From a virus (taxonomy: Duplodnaviria; Heunggongvirae; Uroviricota; Caudoviricetes): 64,000 nt of DNA. Location: positions 1 to 64,000 of the IMG/VR virus record IMGVR_UViG_3300028603_000027; one strand, written 5' to 3'. Position numbers and translations under genes: made by a program. The notes under the pieces are model-generated. The model was not told the DNA's origin and made no database searches. It saw only the letters and a list, made by a program, of their open reading frames with translations. This document shows, one piece after another, positions 18,191-28,996 of this stretch (position 1 is its first letter; each line of letters begins with the position of its first letter).

Positions 18191-19205
18191 AATAAAGAAT
18201 CCTGTTCTTGTATATGACTTAGATTATATTCTCTATGCAGCAGGGTTTGCAGGAGAAAAAAGGTCTATTGAGGCTACGCACAAGCCAACAGGAGATGTCT
18301 TTTCTTTTTCTAATCGTACAGAAATGTATGGTAAGGGTAAAGAAATAGGGGGATGGCTAAAAGAAACTAACGAAGCTAGAGTAAAGTCTAATCTCTCTCC
18401 TTTTAACATTGAAGATTTTGAAATCGTAGACATACAAGCGGCAGAACCCCTAGCTAATGTTCTCCATACCGTGAAGGCTATGGTGGAAACTCCGATTGAA
18501 GCTTTGGAAGCATCAAAAATGGTGGGGTTTATAGGGGGGAAGGGAAAACCGTTATGGCGGTGGGAACGAGCTACCTTGTGGGAATATAAGGGTAATCGGA
18601 AAGATGCTTTGGCTCCAATTTATAAACAAGATATTGTCGATTACTTGATTAAAAAATATAATGTCACAATAGTCAATGACGGAAAAGAAGCCGATGATCG
18701 AGTGATTATGGAATCCTATCAGAAATCTTCACATATTGTTGTAGGGGTTGATAAAGATGTACGAGGCAACCCTGTACTATCCTACAATCCTAATTATCCC
18801 GAGGAAGGGATTTTGGATGGAAGAGGATTTGGAAATATCTATTGGGACGATAAAAAGAAAGATGTTAAGGGAGCAGGCCGCATTTTCTTTTATTGGCAAT
18901 GGCTCTACGGAGATGATGTAGACAATTATAGGGCCAATTGCGCTTCATCAAAGAAGTGGGGCAAAAAGAGTGCATTCAATGTGTTGGCAAACTGCCGTAC
19001 CGATGTAGAGGCTTTTGAAGTAATCCGAGATGCCTACAAAACACTCTATCCAGAAGAAATTGAAGTGGAAGGATGGAGAGGAGACAAGATTAAAATTGAT
19101 TGGCTGTATGTAGCTAATGAGATTTGGGATATGGCAAGAATGTGGCGGTATGAGAATGATTATGTCACAGCCTCAGAAGTGTTAAGCAAATATAAACTTA
19201 TTTGA
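18177..19205 (+). CDS. 5'-3' exonuclease / flap endonuclease (FEN, T4 RNase H-like)
   Basis: Motif IVNDGKEADDRVI resembles the GxEADD box of 5' nucleases. Confidence 0.5.
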   Translation: MSNSEIKNPVLVYDLDYILYAAGFAGEKRSIEATHKPTGDVFSFSNRTEMYGKGKEIGGWLKETNEARVKSNLSPFNIEDFEIVDIQAAEPLANVLHTVKAMVETPIEALEASKMVGFIGGKGKPLWRWERATLWEYKGNRKDALAPIYKQDIVDYLIKKYNVTIVNDGKEADDRVIMESYQKSSHIVVGVDKDVRGNPVLSYNPNYPEEGILDGRGFGNIYWDDKKKDVKGAGRIFFYWQWLYGDDVDNYRANCASSKKWGKKSAFNVLANCRTDVEAFEVIRDAYKTLYPEEIEVEGWRGDKIKIDWLYVANEIWDMARMWRYENDYVTASEVLSKYKLI

Positions 19206-19357
19206 GGGAGATATGGCAGAGCAAGATAAGTATTATGTTATCACCAGCAAGGTTGGTGAGATTACTGAAGAAGTTCGCACTAATGATGTTTCTTTTGCTA
19301 TGTGGGCTATGGCACGAGGAGACGCAGATGAACAAGAAATTGCGGAGGAAATAAACT

Positions 19358-19804
19358 ATGGCTGAGAAAATTGATTGGGAAGATGCAGGGAAGTATTTTG
19401 AAGAGAATGTTTGTTTGTATGGTGCAACCTTGTTCGATGCATTCGCTCTTGGTGTTTCCTATGTAGAAGAAATGCAAAAGGTGAGGGAGACTTGGGGGCA
19501 GGAAAACTCTTCCCCTGAGGCAGAATATATCATACCAGGGGGTAAACATTATCTCTTTTCCTATAATGTTCCCGGCACTAACAACACAGTGAAGTCTTAT
19601 TTTTCTACTCTTGAGAATGCCCAAAAAGGTGTGGAACTTTCTGTTTTTCTTTGGGATGTAGTGGGCGCTTCTCTAAATCTCTCTGAAGACCTTATCGAAG
19701 AAAGAGAAGGTTCTCTCACAGTTGAGAGTATGTCTGTGATGTCAGATGGTACTGTAATCACCAATGAAAATGCATTGGAAGTGATGAAAGGATGTCTAGA
19801 TTAA
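19358..19804 (+). CDS. Hypothetical protein
   Basis: ORF only. Confidence 0.4.
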   Translation: MAEKIDWEDAGKYFEENVCLYGATLFDAFALGVSYVEEMQKVRETWGQENSSPEAEYIIPGGKHYLFSYNVPGTNNTVKSYFSTLENAQKGVELSVFLWDVVGASLNLSEDLIEEREGSLTVESMSVMSDGTVITNENALEVMKGCLD

Positions 19805-20307
19805 AGGGAAGGGATTTATTTTACGCTTGGTATCATAAAGAGACAGGGGAACGCCTAAGTTGGGTGTTCCCCACTCGTCGTAAAGCTCAAGAGTGGATGG
19901 ATAGTACATATTTCCGTTACAAGAAATATCCACGAATAGACGATTATTATCGAACGTTGCGGTCTGTGTCTGTCAGGAATTTCTCTAAGAAATATTGGTA
20001 CAGAGACAAAGAGGTAACAGAAAACTGTGAGCTTCGACCGGGGAATCTTGATGTTTTTGAATTAGATTTTAGGGGTAGAGACAAAAATCTAAAACAATGG
20101 AAAAAGGATAATTGGGAAAAATGGAATGACACTCCTCGCCCTGTAAGAGAATATCCTAGTGCAATCCAACCAAGCGGTAAAAGATGGACAGTTGAATTTG
20201 AATGGAAAGGTGGGGTATTTAATTTGGGATACTTTAGGAAGAAGGAAAATGCAGAGCAAGCTTTAGATAAGAAGTTGCGGGAAATTGGAGCGTGGGCAGA
20301 TGAGTAA
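19792..20307 (+). CDS. Hypothetical protein
   Basis: ORF only. Confidence 0.4.
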   Translation: MSRLKGRDLFYAWYHKETGERLSWVFPTRRKAQEWMDSTYFRYKKYPRIDDYYRTLRSVSVRNFSKKYWYRDKEVTENCELRPGNLDVFELDFRGRDKNLKQWKKDNWEKWNDTPRPVREYPSAIQPSGKRWTVEFEWKGGVFNLGYFRKKENAEQALDKKLREIGAWADE

Positions 20308-20860
20308 AGTAGAAAAGGTACTCAAGCAGTACCCGCATGTGTGGAAAACCGAGTCAGCTTTAATGAGTTATATACGAGGCGGGATTCGTAGGAGCCTGTG
20401 GAACAGGTCGCCCATTAAACTAGAATTCATTAAAAAGAATAGGGTTAAAATTCCTAACCCCAACCCTAGAGGTAAGGTGGTCGAGGTATGGGGTGGTGTT
20501 TGTTCTTTGACAGGGGCTACACTCCCCTTAAAAGATTTAGAAGTAGATCACCTAGAGGGAAACCACTCTTTAAGAAGTATGGATGATATACGTTCCTTCA
20601 TAGAAGCAATTGTTCTAGTAACAGAAGACGATTTAGCTTTTGTCTCTAAAGACGCTCATAGAGTGAAGACGTATGCGCAAAAGGAGAATATCTCTTTTGA
20701 AGAGGCTTTAGCAATTAAAAAAGCTATAGCAATTTGCAAAGCTAAGAAAGACAAGGAGTGGCTAGAGGAGAAAGGAATTATTCCAGCAAGTAATCAGGCC
20801 AAGCGGAGAAAGCAGATAGAGGAGGCTTTGCAAAGTGAAGCAGTAAAATTGTCTCTATGA
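20285..20860 (+). CDS. Possible HNH-type nuclease
   Basis: GVCSLTGATLPLKDLEVDHLEGNHSL resembles an HNH core (C..C/G ... DH ... N). Confidence 0.3.
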   Translation: MERGQMSKVEKVLKQYPHVWKTESALMSYIRGGIRRSLWNRSPIKLEFIKKNRVKIPNPNPRGKVVEVWGGVCSLTGATLPLKDLEVDHLEGNHSLRSMDDIRSFIEAIVLVTEDDLAFVSKDAHRVKTYAQKENISFEEALAIKKAIAICKAKKDKEWLEEKGIIPASNQAKRRKQIEEALQSEAVKLSL

Positions 20861-20874
20861 AAATTTGAGGAGAA

Positions 20875-21120
20875 ATGGTAGTGGAAGATGTAAGAACTAT
20901 TGATATTAAGATACCTGAGCAGTGGTTAGAAGCTGTAAGCAGAGAAATGGAGAGGGTGTTTAATATCCCGAAAAGACAAACAAAGCAATATTTACAAGAA
21001 CACATGCAAGCTCAATATAACGCCTTAGAGAATAAAGAGGGTAGGGTGAGTATTGAAGTCCCTACAGTAGAAAATTTTAAAGAATATATTCACGGCAGAA
21101 TGGTAGGGACAACAGCATGA
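20875..21120 (+). CDS. Hypothetical protein
   Basis: ORF only. Confidence 0.35.
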   Translation: MVVEDVRTIDIKIPEQWLEAVSREMERVFNIPKRQTKQYLQEHMQAQYNALENKEGRVSIEVPTVENFKEYIHGRMVGTTA

Positions 21121-22088
21121 GAGAGCAAGCATGGCATAAAGAAGCAGACACATTGTACTTGCAAGGGTATTCGGGAAGAAAGATTGCTGACACACTTGGA
21201 ATGTCTAAAACTCAAGTGAATGATTATCTCCGGTATGCTTTCCGGGGCCAGGAGAGGTCTACCACGGCGTTAAACAGAGAGGGGCAAGGTCAACACTCAT
21301 TCCAAACAAATAAAAGCTCTAGCGGCCCTAAAATCCTTGTTTATGACATTGAAACTGCACCTTTGAAAGCACATATTTGGAGTATGTGGCAACATGGTGT
21401 AGGGCTAAACCAGATTGAAGACGATTGGTTTATTATGAGTTTTGCTGCAAAGTGGCTAAATGAAGACGAAGTGTTTTACTTCGATCAGTCACAAGCTGTA
21501 GATATGGAAGATGATTATTTACTTTTACACAAGTTGTGGAATCTATTAAATGAGGCTGATATTGTTATTGGACAAAACGTTAAGAAATTTGACACTCGTA
21601 AAGTTAATGCCCGGTTTATTTTAAATGGACTTCCTAAGCCCTCGACATATAGGCAGATTGACACTGTAGAGATTGCCAAGCAACAGTTTGGCTTCACTTC
21701 AAATAAACTGGAATATATGACTGACAATCTTTGTTCACAAACAAAGAAGAGTAAACATCAGAAATTTCCGGGCCACGTTCTTTGGAGTGAATGTCTGAAG
21801 GGAAATCCTGAGGCTTGGGAAGAAATGAAGAGCTACAATATTGATGATATTCTAGCCACTGAAGAACTTTACAACATTCTTTCTTCCTGGGACAATAAAC
21901 TCCCCAACTTTGACGTTTACGTTGAAGAAATTCTAGATATGGATGAATGGGAAAAGGACGGATATCATTATACTAACCTTGGGAAATATCAAAGATATAG
22001 AAACAAGGTTACGGGAATCCAGAGACGGAGTAGAGTAAATCTTCTCTCGAAAGAAAAGAGACAATCGTTACTAGCAAACATTGTATGA
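21117..22088 (+). CDS. N-terminal HTH plus DEDD-type 3'-5' exonuclease-like domain
   Basis: LGMSKTQVNDYLRYAF is HTH-like. ILVYDIETAPLKAHIW looks like an Exo I motif. Confidence 0.35.
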   Translation: MREQAWHKEADTLYLQGYSGRKIADTLGMSKTQVNDYLRYAFRGQERSTTALNREGQGQHSFQTNKSSSGPKILVYDIETAPLKAHIWSMWQHGVGLNQIEDDWFIMSFAAKWLNEDEVFYFDQSQAVDMEDDYLLLHKLWNLLNEADIVIGQNVKKFDTRKVNARFILNGLPKPSTYRQIDTVEIAKQQFGFTSNKLEYMTDNLCSQTKKSKHQKFPGHVLWSECLKGNPEAWEEMKSYNIDDILATEELYNILSSWDNKLPNFDVYVEEILDMDEWEKDGYHYTNLGKYQRYRNKVTGIQRRSRVNLLSKEKRQSLLANIV

Positions 22089-22263
22089 GGAATTGAAATG
22101 GAAGAAATTACAGCAAAAGACACATTGGAAACCTTTGTAGAGTACATGGCTATTGTTCGGGATGTACTCGCAGTGAGTTTGGAGAGACAAGACATGGAAG
22201 CGGTTGTAGAAATTACAGACGGATTGACAAATGTTCTTGATACCTTCCTAGAAGGAGACGATA

Positions 22264-22782
22264 TTGCCTAATAAGAGTAGTATCATCAAGTTTAATTGTA
22301 TTAAAGGCGATTCTCCGGTAGGTATTGACGGAGATAGGGAAAGATTTTGGCAACAAATTGAGCATCAGGCCAAGCTTGTATTAGAAGAAGCACAAGAACA
22401 GTATGATGCGGCAGTTGCTAGAGATATTGTAGAAGTTGTAGATGGGGCTTGTGATGTTGACTATCTACAAACTTATTTAGATGTTCTGTTGGAAGCGGTA
22501 GGCGTGGACTTACCTCAAGCCCGAGAATTAGTAGCTGACAATAATAATCAAAAATACACTACTAATGAACACCTTGCTCTACGGAGTGCTAAGAAGCACA
22601 GCGACAATGGAGTTCCAGCTTACGCTGAAGAAGTGGCATACGAAGGTGAGTATTATTTTGTTGTAAAAAGAAAGGAAGATGGGAAGGTATTAAAATTGAT
22701 TGGACATCAAAGCCCAAAGATTGCAGATGCCATTCCAGAGAAGACATTCAAAATGGTGGGAGAGAAAGATGTGGCAGGCTAA
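22264..22782 (+). CDS. Hypothetical protein
   Basis: ORF only. Confidence 0.4.
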   Translation: MPNKSSIIKFNCIKGDSPVGIDGDRERFWQQIEHQAKLVLEEAQEQYDAAVARDIVEVVDGACDVDYLQTYLDVLLEAVGVDLPQARELVADNNNQKYTTNEHLALRSAKKHSDNGVPAYAEEVAYEGEYYFVVKRKEDGKVLKLIGHQSPKIADAIPEKTFKMVGEKDVAG

Positions 22783-23683
22783 GATTATTGCTTGGAGTAG
22801 GTCTGAAGTTACAGGGAAAGACATTATTACATGGGAATTAACCTACCCCCGTTTCATTCATAGTGAAGTGATGACTCATCGTGTCCTTTCTCGTAATGCT
22901 GCATCTTCAAGAGCAATTCCAATTCAGAAAGTGATTGACCTAGTAAGGTCTTCTCCTGCAATGCCTGTTCATTGGGGTAAGAATCAAGCAGGAATGCAGG
23001 CAAAAGAAGAGTTAGATGTTCACGCTAAACATTATGTTATGGACGAATGGCGTAGAGCTTGTTTTCATGCTGTTGACGTAGCAGATTCAATGAATCAAGC
23101 GGGAGCACACAAACAAATAGTTAATCGAATTCTTGAGCCTTTTCAATGGATGAAAACTGTTATTACAGGAACAGAATGGGAGAATTTTTATTGGCTCCGT
23201 AACCACGAAGACGCTCAACCAGAGTTTAAGTATCTCTGCGAACTCATGCTAGAAGCCAAAGAACAGTTTAATGGTATGGCTGTTTTACAGCCCGGAGAGT
23301 GGCATACACCTTATTACGGTGCTGGGTACTGGATTGAAGGGCTAGACGATTCTTTAGAAGATGCTCTAGCAATTAGTATGAGTTGTTGTGCTCAAGTTTC
23401 TTACAGGCTATTGGACGATAGTTTAGAAAAAGCAAAGCGTGTTGTGGAAAGATTAAATCTAGACGGTGCAGATGGAAATCCTGTACACAGTAGTCCTAGT
23501 GAACATCAAGCTACACCTATGAAAAGCCCTTGGGGAGATTTATATGGAATTAACAATTATATGAATGTCCTAACGTGGGAAGATGGAATTACAGCTCAAC
23601 ACAAGGATTTAGGCTTAATGAGTGGAAACTTCGCGGGATGGATTCAAAACAGACAGTTAATTCCCAACAATACTAAGTGGTAG
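22769..23683 (+). CDS. thyX: Flavin-dependent thymidylate synthase ThyX
   Basis: Signature HRVLSRNAASSRAIP is close to the ThyX RHRxxxxxSxR motif. Start set at MWQAKI after GGGAGAGA. Confidence 0.7.
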   Translation: MWQAKIIAWSRSEVTGKDIITWELTYPRFIHSEVMTHRVLSRNAASSRAIPIQKVIDLVRSSPAMPVHWGKNQAGMQAKEELDVHAKHYVMDEWRRACFHAVDVADSMNQAGAHKQIVNRILEPFQWMKTVITGTEWENFYWLRNHEDAQPEFKYLCELMLEAKEQFNGMAVLQPGEWHTPYYGAGYWIEGLDDSLEDALAISMSCCAQVSYRLLDDSLEKAKRVVERLNLDGADGNPVHSSPSEHQATPMKSPWGDLYGINNYMNVLTWEDGITAQHKDLGLMSGNFAGWIQNRQLIPNNTKW

Positions 23684-23693
23684 GAGACAAATA

Positions 23694-24095
23694 ATGAAAT
23701 GGATGTCCGTGTGGGATATGTGTCGTATCCCTGAAGTAAAAGACATCCTTCTCGCTGACGATTTGACAGAAACTTATAATCTGTTGTATGATGTTGGATT
23801 CGATATTAACAAAGAAATTTACGTTGAGTCTTGCTATCATAGAACAATATACAAAGAAGTGGTATATGCCCCTCGTTTTGTAGGGGAAGAAAGATTAGAT
23901 GATAGCTGGATAAATAGTGGCTACGCTTCAGAAGAAGCGTGGAAAATTTTAGTCGGAAAGAAGGATGTATCGTTGTTACGATTATTGGAAGAGATGAGTA
24001 AGGAGTCTAACTTCACTGGAGAGATTACAGAACATCTCTCAAACTATTGGGGAAGTGGTAGTGAAATGACAAGGTGTATTGAAGTGAGTTTGTGA
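23694..24095 (+). CDS. Hypothetical protein
   Basis: ORF only. Confidence 0.4.
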   Translation: MKWMSVWDMCRIPEVKDILLADDLTETYNLLYDVGFDINKEIYVESCYHRTIYKEVVYAPRFVGEERLDDSWINSGYASEEAWKILVGKKDVSLLRLLEEMSKESNFTGEITEHLSNYWGSGSEMTRCIEVSL

Positions 24096-24149
24096 CATGC
24101 AGGGCGTTACAAATATAGGTTTAAACAATAATTGGGAGGTAATTTCATT

Positions 24150-25163
24150 GTGAGCGGTACGGTTAGAATTTTGACTCCAAAGGAAACATATACTACTGAC
24201 TATCCTCAAGCAGTTGCTGCTGCTGAAGAACAAGCTAAAATCATTTGGTTTGCTAAAGAGTTGGGTGTAGAGAAAGATGAAGATGACATCAGAACAAAAT
24301 GTACAGAAGGTGAGCGGCATGGTATTACAACTGTCCTGCGTTTGTTCACACAATATGAATTGATGTTAGGAGGAGATGAGTTTTGGGGAGGAAAAGTATA
24401 CAAAATGTTTCCTCGTCCTGAAATTCAACGGATGGCTTCTACCTTCTCTTTTATTGAGTTGGGTGTTCATGCGCCATTTTATGATCTTATAAATAAAACA
24501 TTAAATATTGCCACAGATGAATTTTATTCTTCGTGGAAAGAAGACGCAGTATTAAAGGAGAGAATGGCCTTTGTTTCCAAGTATGCAGATGAAGACGACC
24601 CTTTAATTTCTACGGCAGCGTTTGCTTTCATGGAAGGTGCGGTATTGTTTAGCAGTTTTGCATTTCTGAAAAGTTTTAACAGTGGAGGTCATGGCTTGAT
24701 TCCGCACATTACTGCTGGAATTGACGCTTCAGCTAAAGATGAAAACTTTCACAGCATGGGCAGTGCATGGCTGTTTAATCAATGTTTTGAAGAAATGAAA
24801 GAAGCTAAATTGTTCCCTAAGGGTAGACAGAAGGAAATTCGGGAAACAATTTATGCTATTGCTCGTACTGTCTACGACCATGAATACAGAATCATTGATA
24901 TGATTTTCGAGAAAGGCGGTATTCGTACAGTAACAAAGGCAGAAATGCTTCACTTTGTTCGCAATAGGATTGACGTTGTTTTGTCTTATCTAAAGATGAA
25001 GCCTTTGTTTGGAGATGAAAAAGGTGTTGTTAGTGAGTGGTTTTATAATCAATTATCCTCTTATAAGTATTCTGATTTCTTCCATGCACAACAAATTCAG
25101 TATGTACGTTCATGGGAAAAGCATAAATTGACTTTCAGACCTTATATGGAGGAGCAGGTGTAA
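24150..25163 (+). CDS. Ribonucleotide reductase small (beta) subunit, class I
   Basis: Ferritin-like motifs FAFMEGAVLFSSFAFL and IDASAKDENFHS; immediately upstream of the large subunit. Confidence 0.7.
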   Translation: MSGTVRILTPKETYTTDYPQAVAAAEEQAKIIWFAKELGVEKDEDDIRTKCTEGERHGITTVLRLFTQYELMLGGDEFWGGKVYKMFPRPEIQRMASTFSFIELGVHAPFYDLINKTLNIATDEFYSSWKEDAVLKERMAFVSKYADEDDPLISTAAFAFMEGAVLFSSFAFLKSFNSGGHGLIPHITAGIDASAKDENFHSMGSAWLFNQCFEEMKEAKLFPKGRQKEIRETIYAIARTVYDHEYRIIDMIFEKGGIRTVTKAEMLHFVRNRIDVVLSYLKMKPLFGDEKGVVSEWFYNQLSSYKYSDFFHAQQIQYVRSWEKHKLTFRPYMEEQV

Positions 25164-26857
25164 TGGCAAAGAGTTTTGAACAATTAAGCGATGAACGGAA
25201 AAAGCTACAAGCAGAAGGGCTAGTACCTGAGTGGTATACAACACAATCTTATCAGATGTTTACTTCCAAGTATGCGTTTCCAGGCGAAAATAGTGTACGG
25301 GGAAGGTTTGAAACAATTGCAAGAACGTTGGCGAAGCACATGATAGGTCAAGAAAAAGAATGGGAAGAGAAATTCTTTAATCTTATGTGGAAAGGATGGC
25401 TCTCTCCTGCTACGCCCGTTCTTGCAAACACAGGTACAGATCGTGGTATGCCAATTTCTTGCAGTGGCGGTGTGATTGGGGATAGTGTCGATAGTTTTTA
25501 TAAAGCTCTCCATGAACAAGCAATGCTATCCAAGTATGGCTTCGGGTGTTCGGGGTATTTTGGAGATATTCGCCCACGAGGGAGCAATATTAGTCGAGGA
25601 GGAAAAGCCAGCGGCGCTGTCCCTGTCATTGAAGATTTTGCTTTGATGGCATCCAAGATTTCTCAAGGGTCTAGTCGTCGGGGTGCTACAGCATCTTATC
25701 TACCTCTAGATCATGGAGACTTTGATGAGCTTATTGACTTGCTTGAGCATGAAACAGACGGCCTTCACATTGGGTGGGTGGTGAGTGATGGTTTTATTGC
25801 CAAACTCAAGACAGGAGATAAGGAAGCTAATCGGCGTTTTCAACGTGCTTTGTATGTCAAGCTTGTTACAGGGAAAGGGTATTTCTTTTTTGTAGATAAG
25901 GCGAACAGGCAACGTCCACTTATGTATAAAGATTTGGGGCTTGATATTAAAGCTACTAATCTGTGCAGTGAAATCATGCTTCATTCATCAGAAGCACTTT
26001 CTTTTTCTTGTGTCCTTTCAAGCATGAACCTTTATCGGTATGATGAATGGAAAGACACGGATGCTATCTATGAATCAACTGTGTTTCTGGATTGCGTGGT
26101 CAGCGAGTTTATTAATCAATCTGAAGGTGTACCCGGTCTAGAGAAAGTAAGGGACTTCACTATTCGCGGTAGAGCTATTGGCTTGGGAGTGTTGGGGTTC
26201 TCTAGCTATCTACAAAAAAATAGGATTGCTTTTGAAGACCTAGAAGCTCATTTTCTTAATAATGAGATTTTCAAGGCATTGCACGATGAGTCTCTAAGGG
26301 CTTCAGAGTGGCTTGCACAAGCTTATGGAGAACCAGAGTGGTGTAAGGGTTATGGGGTGCGTAATACGCATAGAACGGCTTTAGCTCCTACAAAGTCCAC
26401 TAGCCTGCTTCAGGGCGGGATGAGTGAATCTGTTTTTCCTGACCCAGGTATGGTGTTTGAGCAATCAAGTGCAGCAGGTGGTATGAGTCGTATCACTCCT
26501 GAGTTTTATAAGCTCATGGTGGAACGAGGGAAGTACACGCAAGACACAATTGACAGTATTATTAAAAATGTGGGAAGTGTACAACATTTAGACTGGCTTA
26601 CAGAGCAAGAAAAAATGGTGTTCCGTACTGCGTTTGAAGTGAGCCAAGATACGATTCTTCGTTATGCTTCTGTAAGGCAGAAGTGGATTTGTCAAGGACA
26701 GTCTTTAAACTTCTTCTTCTCGGAAGACGGCGATGAAGATCGGATTGCAGAGATTCTCACTAAAGCATTTTTGGATGAAAACATTCTTTCTGTGTATTAC
26801 TTTTATTCTCGGAGTGGAGTGATTGTTAGTGCAGATTGTGAGGCATGTTCTGCGTAA
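25163..26857 (+). CDS. Ribonucleotide reductase large (alpha) subunit
   Basis: Active-site motif KATNLCSEI and C-terminal ...CEACSA. Confidence 0.7.
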   Translation: MAKSFEQLSDERKKLQAEGLVPEWYTTQSYQMFTSKYAFPGENSVRGRFETIARTLAKHMIGQEKEWEEKFFNLMWKGWLSPATPVLANTGTDRGMPISCSGGVIGDSVDSFYKALHEQAMLSKYGFGCSGYFGDIRPRGSNISRGGKASGAVPVIEDFALMASKISQGSSRRGATASYLPLDHGDFDELIDLLEHETDGLHIGWVVSDGFIAKLKTGDKEANRRFQRALYVKLVTGKGYFFFVDKANRQRPLMYKDLGLDIKATNLCSEIMLHSSEALSFSCVLSSMNLYRYDEWKDTDAIYESTVFLDCVVSEFINQSEGVPGLEKVRDFTIRGRAIGLGVLGFSSYLQKNRIAFEDLEAHFLNNEIFKALHDESLRASEWLAQAYGEPEWCKGYGVRNTHRTALAPTKSTSLLQGGMSESVFPDPGMVFEQSSAAGGMSRITPEFYKLMVERGKYTQDTIDSIIKNVGSVQHLDWLTEQEKMVFRTAFEVSQDTILRYASVRQKWICQGQSLNFFFSEDGDEDRIAEILTKAFLDENILSVYYFYSRSGVIVSADCEACSA

Positions 26858-26945
26858 TTACAACATTGAAAATTAGTTGTTGACATTGAGGGCGATGGGA
26901 ACTATAGTTGTTCCTGTCGCCTTTTCTTTTATCTAGAGGAATTAA

Positions 26946-27281
26946 ATGCAACCTACTGAAGAACAAGTTGTTAACAAGTGGATTTCACTAAAGAACAGTG
27001 CAGCTAGTCGAAAATTGAAATTTGATTTGACCGTTCTTTCGGTTAGAAATCTTCTACGAGCAGAAAAATGTTTTTATACAGGCGTTAGCTTTAATTCTAA
27101 GATGAGGGGTTTAGGTAAAACAATAGATCGGATAGACCCTAATAAGGGGTATGTCAGAGGGAATGTGGTAGCGTGTACAGATGGGTACAATCAAGCTAAA
27201 GCCCAATGGGAGAAGCTAGATAAGAAAGGTGTAAGAGCCATGATTAGACAGTTGAAAATTATTGAGGAGAGAATGAAATAA
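26946..27281 (+). CDS. Hypothetical protein
   Basis: ORF preceded by the promoter TTGACA-17-TATAGT at about 26876-26905. Confidence 0.4.
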   Translation: MQPTEEQVVNKWISLKNSAASRKLKFDLTVLSVRNLLRAEKCFYTGVSFNSKMRGLGKTIDRIDPNKGYVRGNVVACTDGYNQAKAQWEKLDKKGVRAMIRQLKIIEERMK

Positions 27282-27595
27282 TGTACAAGCTTTTTATAGA
27301 TGATGAGAGATTTCCAATCGACCCTCATTGGTTTGTAGCCAGGAATTCTTTTGAAGCAATCAAAGCCATAGACCTTTACGGCATCCCTCAAGAAATAGCT
27401 TTTGACCATGATTTAGGTGGACAGGATACGGCTATCATCTTTATAAATTGGTTGGAAGACAAGTTGGTAGAAGGGGTGTATAATCTTCCTCAAGGCTTCA
27501 TTTGGAGTGTACACAGTCAGAATCCAATTGGGGCTAAAAACATACAGGCACGAATGGAAGACCTAGCTGATTATTTTGGAGAAAAGCATGTCTAG
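27281..27595 (+). CDS. Hypothetical protein
   Basis: ORF only. Confidence 0.4.
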   Translation: MYKLFIDDERFPIDPHWFVARNSFEAIKAIDLYGIPQEIAFDHDLGGQDTAIIFINWLEDKLVEGVYNLPQGFIWSVHSQNPIGAKNIQARMEDLADYFGEKHV

Positions 27596-27932
27596 CTACT
27601 ACCCTGATGGATGGCAGTTTATTAAAATTGAACACAGCGGTAATGTTTTAATTAAGGTGTTTGGAAGTTGGATGGGCAGTTTCACAGAAGGGGAGCATTG
27701 GCGTCTGAACAGCGGTTGTATGAAAATTGAGACAGAAGAGGATACGCTACTTGCTCACGGATACTCAGGTAGTGTATACTTCTTAGATAAAATTACAGAA
27801 GGAAAGCTAGGAAGCTGGAATGGGAGTCAATTGCAGTCAATTATTGATAGTTATCAAGGTGTGCATAAGATTGAACGAATTTCAGCAGAAGAGGCAATTC
27901 TTTTAATTTCAGGAGAGGAAAATGGCAGCTAA
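27576..27932 (+). CDS. Hypothetical protein
   Basis: ORF only. Confidence 0.4.
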   Translation: MEKSMSSYYPDGWQFIKIEHSGNVLIKVFGSWMGSFTEGEHWRLNSGCMKIETEEDTLLAHGYSGSVYFLDKITEGKLGSWNGSQLQSIIDSYQGVHKIERISAEEAILLISGEENGS

Positions 27933-28323
27933 CCGTATGCTGGCACAAATGCGTGGCATTTCGGCTGAAAACGTTGAAGCAATCGACTTAATTCACGAAG
28001 AATTGGAGAAAATGATTGAGAACCACGTTTCTCTAGGCACAGAAGAATCTCTAGTGCTAGAGAAAATTGAGCGGTTGGAGTATCGTCTTCAAGAGTTGTG
28101 GAAGTTTCCTCGTGACCCCGAGAAACATACGTGGAAAACTAGGTATTTATTTAAAAATAATTGGGCTAACACCACATGGAGATGTGAGGAAACAGGAGAC
28201 GTTGTAACAATTCCGTTTGAAGTGGAGGAGACGGATTTCTTTTTAATTGGAAACGGATACATTGATGTGGGAAGGTGGGGAAGCTATTCTCGCCGCGCTG
28301 GTAACTTAACTAAAATCGCTTAG
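27922..28323 (+). CDS. Hypothetical protein
   Basis: ORF only. Confidence 0.4.
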   Translation: MAANRMLAQMRGISAENVEAIDLIHEELEKMIENHVSLGTEESLVLEKIERLEYRLQELWKFPRDPEKHTWKTRYLFKNNWANTTWRCEETGDVVTIPFEVEETDFFLIGNGYIDVGRWGSYSRRAGNLTKIA

Positions 28324-28334
28324 GAGAAACATAA

Positions 28335-28562
28335 ATGCATTATTACAAAGATTCTTACCTGTTTTCTAGCCTTCCCGAAAAATACCATGTAGAGCTTCTT
28401 GAAGTGGTGGACATTCTAGGGGAATACTCTGAAGACAACCCCAACGGAGTGGCATTAGGGCAAGATTTACTTGGTGCTTTCTTTTGGGAGTTAGCTCCAC
28501 AAGGTATTTTATATTGGGCAGATGTGTTTGAAGAAACTTCAGAGGGACAGGAGAATGACTAA
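28335..28562 (+). CDS. Hypothetical acidic protein
   Basis: ORF only. Confidence 0.4.
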   Translation: MHYYKDSYLFSSLPEKYHVELLEVVDILGEYSEDNPNGVALGQDLLGAFFWELAPQGILYWADVFEETSEGQEND

Positions 28563-28860
28563 GAAGTATTATCTCATTGAAGGAGATTTTTTAGAAACAT
28601 TAAAAAATTACTTTCATACCCGAGGGATGGAACACACGGAACAACTCTTGAGCGACATTCTGATGGACGTAGATGTTTCTGTTTTGAAAGAAGAAGCAGA
28701 GATGTTTCGTTATATCGAAAACATTTCCTTTCCCTATGAAGAAGAGGGTGAGTTTTATTGGGTGGTAAACGATTTACCCGACATGGCAGGCAAGACAATG
28801 GATTTTCGTAGTTATTTAAAATTTATTATGGAAAAACGTAATACAGAAACAATCCATTAA
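28522..28860 (+). CDS. Hypothetical protein
   Basis: ORF only. Confidence 0.4.
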   Translation: MCLKKLQRDRRMTKKYYLIEGDFLETLKNYFHTRGMEHTEQLLSDILMDVDVSVLKEEAEMFRYIENISFPYEEEGEFYWVVNDLPDMAGKTMDFRSYLKFIMEKRNTETIH

Positions 28861-28996
28861 CAAACCATTGTTTTAAAAAGATTGTGGAAAAATAGATACA
28901 CTGTCATATAAGTTGTTGCCAACAAGAAAAATGATGGTATAATTCTAGACATTGGTGGTGAGATTTATGTTTATGAAATTTTTAAGGAGAAAGAAA